The notes below the pieces were generated by a model. It searched no databases. It was not told where the DNA came from and saw nothing but the letters and a program-made list of their open reading frames with translations. A stretch of DNA of 63,943 nucleotides, counting the filler, from Folioceros fuciformis (Eukaryota), in assembly GCA_049999805.1 (NCBI GenBank). It is 8 parts of 8 records of this genome, joined end to end, with 100 filler letters (N's around TTAATTAATTAA, not from the genome) between each part and the next. Parts side by side here need not be neighbours in the genome. Positions count along the whole stretch, not along the records: positions 13,393 to 23,970 come from JBNGIO010005307.1; positions 24,071 to 30,488 come from JBNGIO010005308.1; positions 30,589 to 40,209 come from JBNGIO010005311.1; 5 more parts are not named here. One strand, given 5' to 3'. The position numbers and the translations under genes are program-made. Shown piece by piece: positions 21,799 to 34,427 of the stretch. How positions within the stretch are numbered: the stretch's first letter is position 1; each line of letters begins with the position of its first letter.

Positions 21799-23970
21799 CT
21801 ACTCCTCTGCTGCACTTGCAGCATTAAGATCGACAGTTAAGTCCAGAACCTGCAAGTAGATAGCGTGTAAATTAGAAGCCAACCATATCTACGGAGTCAA
21901 GACATGTCATTCATAACAGCGCCATCTCTGGACTGCCCACATTCTGAGCTGGTGGCGACCATTCAAACTGACTAAATCTTCTTCAAGAAGTTCTGTGCGA
22001 CAACATTCAAATTCTCTGAAAATTCAAGGCCGAATGCAACCCCTTAGATACCGTCACGCAACTGTGGTAATTACCTTTCCCGTAATTTTGGTGTACATGG
22101 CACAGACATCTTGGACAGTTGTCTCAAAATGAGTGGTTGGATCATAACTCTGCGTTCACAACCAAAAACAGTTTCAGCATAAAGTGAGAAAGAAGGGTTT
22201 TATACGGGGCAGATGCATTTTGAGTCCACGAAAGACTGGGCAGAAACGCTCAACTACCTTGGATATAAAGCAGTTATCTTTACTTGAGTCATTGATAGGC
22301 TCATATCTGTCATATATATCATAAAAGGTCTCGTCGACAGGCCCTAGAATTTTCAGCCCAGGAGCAAGCTCCTGCTCTGGCCTGTCTGTCTCAGCTGCTG
22401 TGGATACAAAAGCTATATACTTCCCCTTGGGTGCCACATTGTGGGAATAAGAACAGCAAAACACATACCTGCAGCATGAACACGAGATCAAAACCCCTCA
22501 GTCTCAGAAACCAGAAGACTCGCCAAAATAAAGAGAAAACAAGAATGATACAGACATGTCGGACTTCCTGTTCAGCTGCTTCTGAGGAAGTATAATTTGA
22601 ACAGACTGGGATTCACTTGTGTTTGGTATAGGATGGCTCATAAAACAAATTGCTCGAACTACTTTGCCCACAACTTTCACCTGCCAAAAAAACCAGGATT
22701 CAAGCAAGTGCCGCTTATCGCAAACGGGCGGCTCTGCTATTAACATGAGCATGCCCACCCCGTGTACCTTGTCGGGGAGGTATGACGGGTCACAGACCAC
22801 CTTCTTGGACTTTGCAGTCTCTCCTTCGGAGGTCACACCCCTTACTTTCCCTTCCTCATCAAACTCTACCTGAAAACCCCACCAGGATTTCACTACAATA
22901 ATAGCACAGGATTATCACGACCATACAAGCACAGACTGGCTTCTAGGAAGCGTACCTTGCAATCAGGCTTGGCCAGCATGTACGTCCCACCATACACAGC
23001 ACTCAACCGGGCAAAAGCCTGTTAGTACAAGACAGAATAAGTGACCCAGAGCTCAAAAGCAAATTAGCTTGGCAAACGAAGGCAGTGAAGTTAACTGAAA
23101 AGAAAAGCCCAATCGATTAATTACCTGAGGAAGCTCACCAAGCCCATAGAGAGGGTAAATGTATGGTGAAGTGCCCTGGAACCTGATCAGAGACTCCTCG
23201 TAGAGCTACAAGGCCCATTCCCAAAATCAGAGACGATGTGGCTTGCATAAAATGGGTCCTCTAAGGTCCTGTGTGTCCTCTAAGATAAAAAAATCTCTTA
23301 GAGGACACAGCTGCTGTTGCAGAGAAATTCTGGAGCCTGAAATTCTTACCTTAACCCTCATCACCATCTCCAAAGCGGGCTGATCAATATAATCATCGTC
23401 CCTATAAAGAGCTACAGCATGGCCGACGAAATCGATTGTGTTCTCGGCTAACTTGTACTTACTGTATATTTCACAGGTTAGACAACACGTAGAGGTGAAT
23501 GCGAAGGCATATGCATAACGTACAACACTCATTTCGAACATCTTGACCTAACCACTACAGAAGGTAAACACGTTCTACTCTCAAAATTTCCATCCAAAGT
23601 CATGTCAACTCACGTGAACAATTCCCTAGAAGTGACTTTAGTAAGATCCAAGCCCTCATGGGTCTTGGGATCCTTTTCGTCATAGTTCTGCACATACAAA
23701 AAGAAGGACTTTGCATGGCGCTTCTCAAAGATTCCCATGAGTGGAGACTTAAAAGCCTCCACATCATTCGCTGGGACTTTGTAGATCTGCAAAGAGTACC
23801 AAGGCGGGTCATCAAACACTAGAAGCAGTTCTACGGAACGGGCAGTCCGCCTTTGAGCGTTTATTGATTGGAAAAACAGACATTGACCATCAGCGCAACA
23901 CGAATAATCACAGCAAACCCGACGTTTCATATGCTGCACACAACTCCACACCTTTCCTTGCTTGTAGACA
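21799..23970 (-). CDS. GDI: Rab GDP dissociation inhibitor, multi-exon, 5' part lost in gap
   Basis: Exons encode [89 protein letters not shown] and final [16 protein letters not shown] (21799-21849). Introns are short GT-AG. Confidence 0.96.
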
Positions 23971-24070
23971 NNNNNNNNNNNNNNNNNNNNNNNNNNNNNN
24001 NNNNNNNNNNNNNNTTAATTAATTAANNNNNNNNNNNNNNNNNNNNNNNNNNNNNNNNNNNNNNNNNNNN

Positions 24071-26413
24071 CTGTCGCTACGGCGGTTCCTCTTCCTCCGA
24101 GCCTGGCTGACCTTCTGGCTACTCTCAACCCTTGTAGAGGTTCCTCCTCCCTCACCAGTAACCTGTTCATCGAACTCTCCCTCTTCTACTGTATGTACAG
24201 CAGCAATCAACTCCTCATCAGGAAACTTGTCATCCGTTTCTCTAACCTTCCCTTTGGTTTTGAGTCTAGAAACAAAGTCAGCATTAACATGGCTCTTCCC
24301 TGCTCTTGTTTCCACCTCAAAATCAAACTCCTGCAACAAGAGAATCCACCTAGCGATCCTCCCCGATAGGTCAGGCTTGTTCACAAGATACTTCAAAGCA
24401 AAGTGGTCCACATGAAATACTACCTTGCAAGCTAGAAGGTAGTGACGGAACTTCTTACAAGCGTAGATGATGCCCAAAGCTTCTCTCTCCGTTGTGGAGT
24501 AATTCCTCTCCGCATCCGTGAGTTGCCTTCCGGCATAGAAGATAGGATGATCCCTCTTCTTGTCGTCTTGTTGGCTGAGGATGGCCCCTATAGCATAGGC
24601 TGACACATCCACATACACATGAAAGGTCTTCTCCCAATTTGGTGGGCTCAATGTGGGTGCTGCCACCAAACTCCTCTTCAAGTCCTGAAACGCTTCCTCC
24701 CTCTCCGGGGTCCACTCATACAGCACATCCTTCTTCGTTAGCTGGGTCAAAGCTGCCACCTTCTTAGCGAAGTCCTTGATGAATCTCCTGTAGTAACCCA
24801 CCAACCCAATGAAAGCTCTAACCTGTCTCACGCTCTGAGGTGCATCCATCTTCGAGATGATCTTCACCTTTTCCATGTCGACTTGCAACCCCCTGGCTGA
24901 AACTCTATGGGCTAGCAAGATACCCTCCGTCATGCAAAAGAAACACTTCCCCGGATGCAACTTGAGGTTAGTCTCCCTACACCTCTGCAAGCACTTCCTC
25001 AGCTGTTCCAAGTGTAGGTACCTCCTTCCAAAGACACAAAAGTCATCCAAGAACACCTCCATGAACTTCCGAAGGAACTCCTTGAAAATGGTATTCACCA
25101 CCCGCTGAAAAGTTGCCGGAGCATTGCAGAGCCCAAAAGGCAACTTGGTGTAGGCGTAGGTCCCCCAATCAGTTGTGAAAGTCGTCTTGTCGCGATCCTC
25201 CTCCCGCAGTGTGATCTGATTGTAACCTGAATACCCATCTAGGAAACTGTACATCTCATGTCCAGCAACTGTGTCCAACACACTGTCCATGAAAGGGAGT
25301 GGATGATGGTCTTTCTTGGTCGCCTCATTGAGCTTCCTGAAGTCCTGGCAAACCCTCACCTTGCCAACTTGCTTCTTAGGCACCACCACAATTGGAGCTA
25401 CCCACTCACTAGTTAGGACAGGATAGATGACTCCAGCCTCCAAGTATTGATCCAACTGCTCCTTCACAACCATGGAGTACTTTGGGTTCAATCGGTATTG
25501 CTTCACCCGAACCGGTGTGCTTTCCTCCTTGAGATCTATCCTATGAACACCCAGCTCCTCCGGAACACCTGTCATGTCCGTCACCTTGAAGGCAAACACA
25601 TCCAAATATTCAGTCAATAGTGCCTTCAAACCTACCTTCTCCTTGGGTGTGAGGTACTTGGACACCTTGACCTTCTTCCCTGGGATCAACTCCATGTCCT
25701 CGACAGCATCAGGATCCACGTAAACTCCTTCGTGACTACTCCCTACACTTGTTCCTGATCCTTCTTCTGGGAAATCATAGTCATAGGCTTTCCCCTTCCA
25801 AAAGGCAGCTCCTTCCCTTTGTTCTTCATCCTCCTGTGGATCTTCATTCTCCACCACTTCAGTATGGAAACAAGTCACCTCTTGACCCAAATCCACCATC
25901 CTGACAGTATGCCCTACTCCCTTGTAGGCTCCTGTACTGCTGGAAGTGCTACCTCCAGCACTACCGGATGTGTACCCGGGGATGGTGCTGCTGTTTCTCC
26001 CCCATAGGGAGCTTTGCTCCACGAGACAAATGAAACCTCAGCAGGTCCTGTAGGTTTAGACCTAAAGGTCACACCTTTCCTGCCAAAATCAAACACACAA
26101 GTTGTCCCATACAACCACGGTCTCCCAAGGAGCACCTTGTACCCTAGGTCAGACACTGGCCTCATGACAATGTAGGTTAGCTTGAACATGATCCCTCCTA
26201 TCACCGTGGGCACATCCTTCAACACTCCTAGAGGCTTCCTCTTGGTCTGATTTGCCATCCGAAGGTACACGCGGATAGGGTCAAACTCCGTGAACCCCAA
26301 ACTATGGGCTGTGTCCTCCGTCATGAGGTTGACACCAGACCCCGTATCCAACGGTACATCCGGTACCAGACAACCTGCAATCTCCACCTCTATTTCAGGA
26401 GCTCCACAATCAT
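24071..26413 (-). mobile_element. Ty3/Gypsy pol fragment (protease-RT-RNase H), same clade as the 8150-11647 element; frameshift near 26000
   Basis: PLDTGSGVNLM and VLLGRPWL (protease); FLDGYSGYNQ and FLDD (RT); VYVDVS and TEREALG (RH). Cut by the linker gap. Confidence 0.95.
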
Positions 26414-28416
26414 GAAGAACATCTCCATCAACAGAGTTCACCTCGTCACGGTTGACACTCTGACTTGCCTTGTTGTCGCTCTGCTTCTTCTCCTTGCCTT
26501 TGTCCTTCTTGAACTTCTCGCAGTCCCTTCTAATGTGACCCTTCTTGTGACAATGGTAACACTCAACATTGTTACAACTATGAGATTTGCTACAAGAAGA
26601 ACTTCGCTCCTTGTACTTCCGCTTTGAAGTGGACCTTCTTCTCACCATGAGGGCATTGGAACCTTTCGAAGGTTCCATATTCTTCATGCTCACCTCCTCT
26701 ATTAACAGGCTACCTTCTACATTTACAATGGTAAGACCATTGGCAAGAGCGGAATTACTCAGAGCTGTACGAAAGGTGTCCCAGCTCTTTGGTAATGTGA
26801 CCAACAGAAACATAGCTCTCACGGAATCTGGGAACGAGATACCTTGAGATGAGAGCTGGTTGAAAATGGTATTGAACTCATTCAAATGATTGGACATCCT
26901 CATCCCTTCCTTCATCTTCAAGTCCACCAGCTGTTTCAACCAGTACACCTGAGAAGTTGCACTTTGCTTCTCATACAGGTCACACAACTTCTGCCATAGT
27001 TCGTAACTTGTGGTCTTGTCTTTCACGTTGAAGTAGACTCACTTCGACAATGTTAGCATGATGGTACACCTAGCAAGCTCATCTAGATCCTGCTACTCAT
27101 CCTGAGTCATGCTAACAGGTTTCACTCCTAGCAACTTGATGGGCTTGATCTGCTTCTTTTGTACTAGAACATTATATATACACTTGTTCTTTCTAGAACG
27201 GGAAGTTAGTACCATCTAACTTCTCGATATTGAACATGATGTTTTTTGAGGACGTCATGTTTCAAAATCAATGCAAATCAACCAAAAGGCTAGTTAGAAA
27301 ACGGTCAAAATGTAAGAAGTTACCCTCACAACGAAAGGGTTGTCCACAATTTAGGCCGACACGTTGGATCTAAATCCTCCAATTGAGATCTGATTCCGCC
27401 TCGCGGCCAAGATTGTTTTGGCGCCCGTGCCCTTGCTCTTGGCGTCGGCGCCCTGGCGACCGCGATCTAGCATCCACGACGTCAGTCTCGCCCGAGGTCC
27501 GGGTTCTCACCCTCGGGTTGGGTCTGCGCTCGCCAACCGGGTCAGGGCCCACCGACGCTGCTGGCGCTCGCCGGCCGAGCGACCTGCACGGCCCGGCGGC
27601 CGGGGCCTGGAGCCCTTGCCAAGGCGGCATGGGGCCGGAGGCCAGGTGCCCTTAGCGCCTGGCGTCCTGTAGGCGCCCCCAAATGGGGAGGCGCCCTTGG
27701 CGCCCGGGGGTCAGGAGCCCCCGATACGGGGCTGGCACCCTAGCAGACGCCCGCCGGGCACCCCTGGCACCTCCTGGCGCCCCCCGTAGTGGGGAGGCTG
27801 AGGGCCTGGTGCCCGCTGCCCTTGGCAGCGCCCCGCGCCTGTGATCCCGGGGCCCTTGGCGCCCGCGCACTGCGGCTCCCCGGGTGCCTGGCATCTGCAA
27901 TCGCGGCTGGCGCCCCACGCACAGGCGCTTCATGCTCCTGGTGCTCCTGGCGATCTTGAAGCTCCCTAGATGTTGCACACAGCCTAAGATCACTTCTACT
28001 CCGTGCTGCCACTCCTTGCACGGCGGGGTTCGAGACCCTCGCACCTCATTTCAGAGCCTCCCTCATGGCCTTGAGCCTCTTTCCACATCACCCACGGACA
28101 TCACCATCTTGCTTCACACCCTAGCTCTGATACCACTTGTAGGATTGCTAGAGGAGCATGGTGAAGGAGGAGAGGCAAAGAGGAGGAGAAAGAGGTCACA
28201 CTCTCGCAATAGAGTCTCTATAGCAAGGGAGCTCAAGGGGGTATTTATACCCTCTAGAAGAGCTCCCTAGGAAGCTTCACAAGAAGCGCACAAGAAGCTG
28301 CGCAAGAAGCTTCATACAGATTAGCTTAAGCTAATCTAAACTAATGGTACTTAACTAGACACTAATCTTAGACTAAACAAATTAGTCTAAGCACATTGGG
28401 CTTGAATAACCCTACA
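26414..28416 (-). mobile_element. 5' part of a Ty1/Copia element: LTR 28138-28416, Met-i PBS 28124-28135, GC-rich leader, decayed gag (~26414-27258)
   Basis: LTR TGTAGG...CCTACA; PBS TGGTATCAGAGC on the minus strand; gag IEKLDGTNF, LWQKLCDLYE, LLVTLPKSW and zinc knuckle CYHCHKKGHIRRDC. Confidence 0.92.
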
Positions 28417-30109
28417 GTGTGGCGAGATGAGCAACGAGCCTTGGGGTGCTCGATTTGATGGTGGTGGTAGTGGCTGCCCGTTCATGTGGGAAAGGGGTGC
28501 CTGGCTGCTGTATGCAGGCGCGGACGAAGTGCTGGGATTGCTGCGGGATTTGTAGCTAAAGTAGATTGGGGAGTCGGCACCTTTGCCAGTGCATCACTTG
28601 AGCCCGTGCTTATGGTGCCCGTGCCTCTGCTCCGGGCCGGTTTCTATTTGGCATCAACAGCAACAATAGACGGGGCCTGGCAAGGGTCTCGTCTTGGCCA
28701 GGCCGGATGGGCAAGGTGGGCGGCGTTGTGCCCAAGGCGGGCTGGCTGGGTGCGGGGCCCAGGCAACAACCGGGCGGCGGACCCAGCAAGCTGGCTGCCT
28801 GGCTAGGTTCAGGAGGGCAGGCGGCCTGGCAGGCAAACCCAGCTCGCTGGCCGGGGTCAGATCCCGAAGCCAGGTAGGATCCCAAGCAGTGGCCCACTGA
28901 CCTAGCTGCAAGATCCCAAGCAGTGGCCCACTGACCTAGCTGCAGGATCCCAAGCAGTGGCTCGGCTACTGAGGGTAGGCAAGCGTCCCAGCAGCGCTGA
29001 CAGTCGGCAGGTGGCCGGGGCGGATCCAAGCTAGTCGGGACCAGGGCTGGATCCGAAGGTTGGCAAGTGGTCCAGCAGCAACCGGATCCAGGCCAGGCGG
29101 GTGGCGACATGATCTGGGCAAGCATGCAGGCTCGCTGACCCGACTGGCGGATTGCGCAGGACGTTGGGGAGGATCCAGCCAGGTGGTCGGCAGGGGGGAG
29201 GTTGGATCGTGGTGGCTGGCTCCAGTGGAGGCCCAGTTGGGGGCAAGGCGTTGCGCTACAGGTAGGGGACCCATGCGGTTTCACCTTTCCCCCTGAACAG
29301 TGGGTTGGTTGCCTGATGCTGTTCAATATGTCTGATCCGAGAGTGTGGCCAGTGGGGAAGCTGGTGAAGAAGTTCCGGGGCTTCTAGCCTCACCCCGGGA
29401 TTCAGGAGCCAGAAGCAGGGGAGGATTGAGAGGCGGTAGACAGTTGCGATGGTGACCTAGTTGGAGGTAGTGCTATGTGCATGAGAGGGTAGTGCACGGG
29501 AGGGTGTATTGTCGATAGGGGCGATTTCTAGGTACTAGATATAGGCTGAACATGGCAACTGATTTGGTGACCTTCCTGCGGAAGACGGGGGATGCTTATG
29601 AGTTGCCAGGTTTGAAGGGGGAAATGTAACACGGATGGTCGGTTTCAGGGAAGCAAATGGCGGAATCCTCCCCAGAGCGCACATCCCGACCCCCCACTGG
29701 CACACGGAGCTGGCTCTATACGATCCAACGCCTTGGTGCTCTCGATTCCACCCTAACTCACCTGCCTGCGAGAGGAGGCTCTGGACAGCAGCGGTGTGGG
29801 TTGGTGGAATGGGAGCCGAGGGAAATGGGGGATCGGATAGCATGCTGCTAGCAGACGCAAGCCAGAGGCTGGCGGCCTTGAATGGGCAGTTCTATGCCCT
29901 CTCCGGGAGCGCACCCGTGTATAGGGAAGGGGTGNNNNNNNNNNNNNNNNNNNNNNNNNNNNNNNNNNNNNNNNNNNNNNNNNNNNNNNNNNNNNNNNNN
30001 NNNNNNNNNNNNNNNNNNNNNNNNNNNNNNNNNNAAGCTGGGGACAGGAGAAACACGAACACCACTGGGCTTTACTGGACTGGTTGCATCTCTCCACAGA
30101 TTGCGGAGC

Positions 30110-30260
30110 AAAGGTCTAGAAGCTAAGCGCTGCAAATGTGGAAGCCGCAGCAGTAAGAAAGGAGACCAGTTGCATGCACAAATTAGAGAGCAGGGACAGG
30201 AGGCTAATGAGTTGTGTCCAGCAGTTCAGTTAGCATTACAGCTACATGCCAGACCTTCTT
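30110..30260 (+). pseudogene. Degenerate PPR L-motif fragment
   Basis: KKGDQLHAQIREQGQEANE resembles EKGRELHAQAKERGLQA of the neighbouring WW-type PPRs. Confidence 0.45.
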
Positions 30261-30588
30261 GGCCAATATGGCTAGCAAGGGGGGGCTTGAGGATTGGAAG
30301 AAGGTGAAGGCCCTAAGGGAGTTAGGGGAGGATCTAAGGGAGTAGAGGAGAGTGTTGAGGAGCACCCCGGATTCTTACTAGTTGTGAGAGGATGACAATG
30401 TTGGATAGAGGGCAACCAGCGGTGTCCTAGGGGGGTAATGGGCAATTAGGTGCAGGGGTAGGTTAGAGTTAGGCTTTGGTTAGGCTGCNNNNNNNNNNNN
30501 NNNNNNNNNNNNNNNNNNNNNNNNNNNNNNNNTTAATTAATTAANNNNNNNNNNNNNNNNNNNNNNNNNNNNNNNNNNNNNNNNNNNN

Positions 30589-33500
30589 TCCCCCCCGTGC
30601 CCCGCCCGGACCACCTGGGCCTCTCCCAATTCTTGGAGTCTCTCGACCTCGCCGACGCGCGCTTTCTCGTTGGCGCCACCGCCAGGGTCGTCCCCTCCCA
30701 CCGCGTTCTGCTCCATGCATGCTCGCCTCTCCCTGCTGTCGCTTCGGAGGCCATTGTGCTGCCCGATGTGGACCATCGCGTACTACGCGCCCTGCTTGAG
30801 TATATCTACCTCGGCCGGACTAAGGTTTTGATTCCCTTTCTTGCCCTCGTCGGATTTTTCTTCTCATTCTGCTGCTGGTGCCTGCCCTAGCAGACTGAGC
30901 CTCCTGCCCGCCTGCTGCCAGATCTCAGTGTCTCGGGTCCTGCAGCTCCAGCGGCTGGCGCAGGAATTCGGCCCGCCTTCCCTGCTCCAATGTTGCCAGC
31001 AGCATTTGGCGGAGCATTCTTCTGATCCCTCCGACAGCCTCTTGGTGGAATTCACGTGTCCCGCTGCAGCAAAATGTGTGGACGATTCCTTCACCTCCTG
31101 CGGGTGCCTCCGGGAACCCGCTGTTGCGGAGAAGCTGAGGCGTTTTCGAGAGGAGGGCCACCTATGCGACGTGGACCTTTTGGTTGATGGTTACGGGAAG
31201 GTTGCTCGAGCTCACAAGTTGGTGTTAAGTGCCTGGAGCGCTCCCTTCGCTAAGGTTAGTGTTGGTGCGTGCGTGTGCTCGGAGAGTTTGCATATTCTCG
31301 TGACTGGATTCTCACCGTTATCTGACTTCAGATGTTCAACAACGGGATGTTCGAGAGTAACAAGTCCCAGGTTTCTATCACAGACGTCACCCCTGCGCCG
31401 TTCAAGGCTATGATCGACTTTCTCTACACCGGCGAAGTGGATTCCGACGGGGCATTGCTTCTTCCCCTGCTGTTTCTTGCGGACCAGTTTGGGATTTCGG
31501 CACTTCGAGAGGAGTGTTGTGACCGCCTGCTGGAGTGCCTTACAGAGGTTAGTTTGCTGCACCCTCTCTTGGTTGCATCGCTGGATCTCGGCAGGACAGG
31601 TGCACTTGCGCTTCAGGACGAAATGCATCCTGCATCTGGGAAGCTGGTCATCCCAGTTTGTCTGAACGATTTCGCATCCTCTCCGGGCGGCCTTTTTGTG
31701 AATCACAACTGTCTAAACTGCCAAGCCTTATCCCCTTTTCCCTGATCTCGTTCTCGAGACTGGGGACCGCAAGCTTTTCCTTGCCTTGCTCCTAGAAGAA
31801 CGTGCCCGGGGGAGGCTTAGCCGTCGAGTACCCTTCCTGGTGTTATGCACAGGAATTACAGCCGTCACTAAACTTGCTGCATACACATATGCAGGACATG
31901 CGGCTACCGTGAAGCAACATGTGGCCATGTCTTTTGGTCCGGGAGATACAGGACCAATCTCCTTCTCTGGAAAAGTATGTGTATCAGGGTATCCTCGTGC
32001 TACAGCTGACATGGACGTGTGCTACTTTGCAGGATTCGGTGACTGTCATTCTTCAGGTCGCAGCAGAATTGCCTGGCTGTGATTCGCTGCGAGATGCATG
32101 TGAGGAATGTTTTGCCAAGCATTTTGACTACTGCACTGTACCACCTGCTCTGGAGTTCAGAGAGCTAGAAGGAGAGTGCCTGATGAGAATACTTCAGGTT
32201 CGTCTGCACTAAGCCCTCCAAAGAGCTCACTGCGCGAAAAGTAATGAGCCGTTTCTTGGATGTAATGCTTTATCCGCTACTTGACTCTTCACAAGCGTTT
32301 CGTTAGCGGATTTCCTATAGTTTATTCTGATCTGTTTGGTTTTGTTTTTGTTCTCCGCTGGTTTCACACAGCATCCAGATGTATGGGTATCAGCTGAAGA
32401 AAGAGTCCTCGATGCTGTGTTGACGTGGGGGGCAAATAAGGATGGCATATGTAGTTGGGGAGATGCGTGTAGTCATCTGGAACTGCCCACTGATGGTCTT
32501 TTTCAAGAAAGATCGGAGGAATTGCAACTCATGCTTCAACTTGTGAGGTTTCCTTTGATGCCAGTGCAACTGCTTGAGAAGGTAAGTTGTTCTTAGCTGA
32601 AAAGCTGTTGAATCAGATTTTCTTAAGCAAACTGCGGCGTGGGTTGATGTCCTATGTAGTGATGGCTCTTGGACCCTAGGCAGTCGAATGACTGGTTTTG
32701 TTATCGGGAGAAAACAGAAAAAAACTAGACGAGTGGTTTCTTAGCCTATTTCAGGGGGTTTATTTCTTGAATGTCCTGAGTGCAGTTGCAGTCATCCTCT
32801 GTGAGCAAGCACTTACCAGTTGTACATGAGTTGGTAAGATACTGACTGGCGCTATTGTGAATGACCTCCATGCTCTTCAAGTTGACAATGCAGCTGAAAC
32901 TTAAAACTTATTCATTCAGGTCAGCGAAGCCTTAGATTATCTGGGACAAGAAGCAATAACTTCAATCCGGGAAAGGTAGGCACGTATTCTACCCTTCCTT
33001 TGGACAAGTCTGCACCTCCTTGTTGCTTTCTGCTTACGTGTGTCCACAACTCTTGCAGGGATGCATCACACAAAGTGGACGTGAAAACGCAAGGCAGACT
33101 AGTGAAAATTCAGACGAGGAGCATACGATTTAACCGACGTCTTTCAGCCTACAAAGAGCTGATGTACATGAGTGATGGCGATCGCAATGGTGTGTTCTAT
33201 TATGCAGGAACCTCTTATGGAATCCATTCCTGGATGAATCCTGCTGTTATCAAGGTTGGATGAATCAGATTGAAATCTTGTTTCTTGGAGCCAGTGGCAG
33301 CAATCATGAATGAGGCTAGACGTCGATCGTTGTGCTGCAGACGATAACCGTAACAGCAAGCAGTCCACCATCTCGATATACTGATCCCAAGGCGCTGGTT
33401 TCAGGCAACTACCAGGTATGACGGTTTTTTGTTGGTGGGATCACACCTTACTTAGCTGGTGTTCCATCGGACTCAATTGGTTTGTACTGTCAGGGGACAT

Positions 33501-34028
33501 CATTTGCCAGTCCATGCACGGTGAATGGCGTGACGTCAGCGTGGTGGAAGGTCGATCTCGGAGAGGATCATCAGGTGAGTTGGCTAGCGACTGTTATCCC
33601 GAACGAAGTAGGCCCGAGGCTCCTTTTCAATCCAGGCATCTTATCGTACGCTGCTTGCAGCTGATGTGCAACTACTACACGTTAAGGCAGGACGGATCGA
33701 CAAATTTCCCGCGATCATGGAGCTTACAGGTTAGCATGTTGTGAATTCACAAAATTTCAGAGTGAGCAGGTACCCACTGTGAAAGTGCTTACATGTTCGA
33801 CGCGAACAGGGGTCCACGGACGGGTTGGTATGGATAGAGTTGAGGACTCATGAAAATGACCAGACGATCTGCCACCCTGGTCAGTATGCGTCATGGCCAG
33901 TCTACGGTGGTGGAGCCTGCTTCCCATTCAGATGTTTCCGGATTGTGCTTACCGGTCCTACAAGGGGAATCTCACATTCCTGGAATCTATGTCTATGTTA
34001 CATGGAGTTGTACGGTTACTTTCGGTAA
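30589..34028 (+). CDS. BTB/POZ-BACK-discoidin (F5/8 type C) protein, At2g30600-like, multi-exon, 5' truncated at gap
   Basis: Two BTB segments (VPSHRVLL..LLEYIYLG; CDVDLLV..AHKLVLSAWSAPF..MIDFLYTG), BACK (SAEERVLDAVLTW..VRFPLM), DGDRNGVFYYAGT, WWKVDLG, YYTLRQDGS, LRTHENDQT and final MELYGYFR*. Introns are short GT-AG. Confidence 0.92.
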
Positions 34029-34061
34029 GTCCACTGCGTCGGAGGTATTGATTTGTACATT

Positions 34062-34156
34062 AGCCGTAGATTAGTTATCTAATTGTTCAGACGGGTTGCG
34101 ACGAGCCGTAGATTAGTTATCTAATTGTTCAGACGGGTTGCGACGAGCCGTAGATT
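34062..34156 (+). repeat. Perfect 42-bp tandem duplication in the BTB gene 3' flank
   Basis: agccgtagattagttatctaattgttcagacgggttgcgacg x2 plus a partial third copy. Confidence 0.9.
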
Positions 34157-34427
34157 CAACATGACCGTGAAGCCGCATTCTCTTGGAACTTTTGTCCCAT
34201 CGGCTCGTTCCGCGAACGCCCTGGGAATATACAATCCGCCTGCAGCGGATAATGAAGTTGAGCTCACGGGAGATGTCCGATGCTCTGAACCTGTTAATCG
34301 TCGAATGCAGTTCCCTTCCATTGTTCTGGGCAGCTGGGCATACCAGTAGCGTACAATATGGCAGGGAGAGGCCAGCGTCCGGCCGGCTCTTCTCGCATCC
34401 AGCCCTTCAGCTGGCTTGCTGCAAGCT

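Noticed and set aside
27370-29400. Many overlapping Pro/Ala/Arg-rich ORFs
   Set aside because: GC-rich retroelement leader and flank sequence is stop-poor; no recognisable domain.
29635-29934. Possible degenerate PDF motif (LYDPTPW...) upstream of the PPR relic
   Set aside because: The key WWDNR and PDF residues are absent; similarity is too weak to call.
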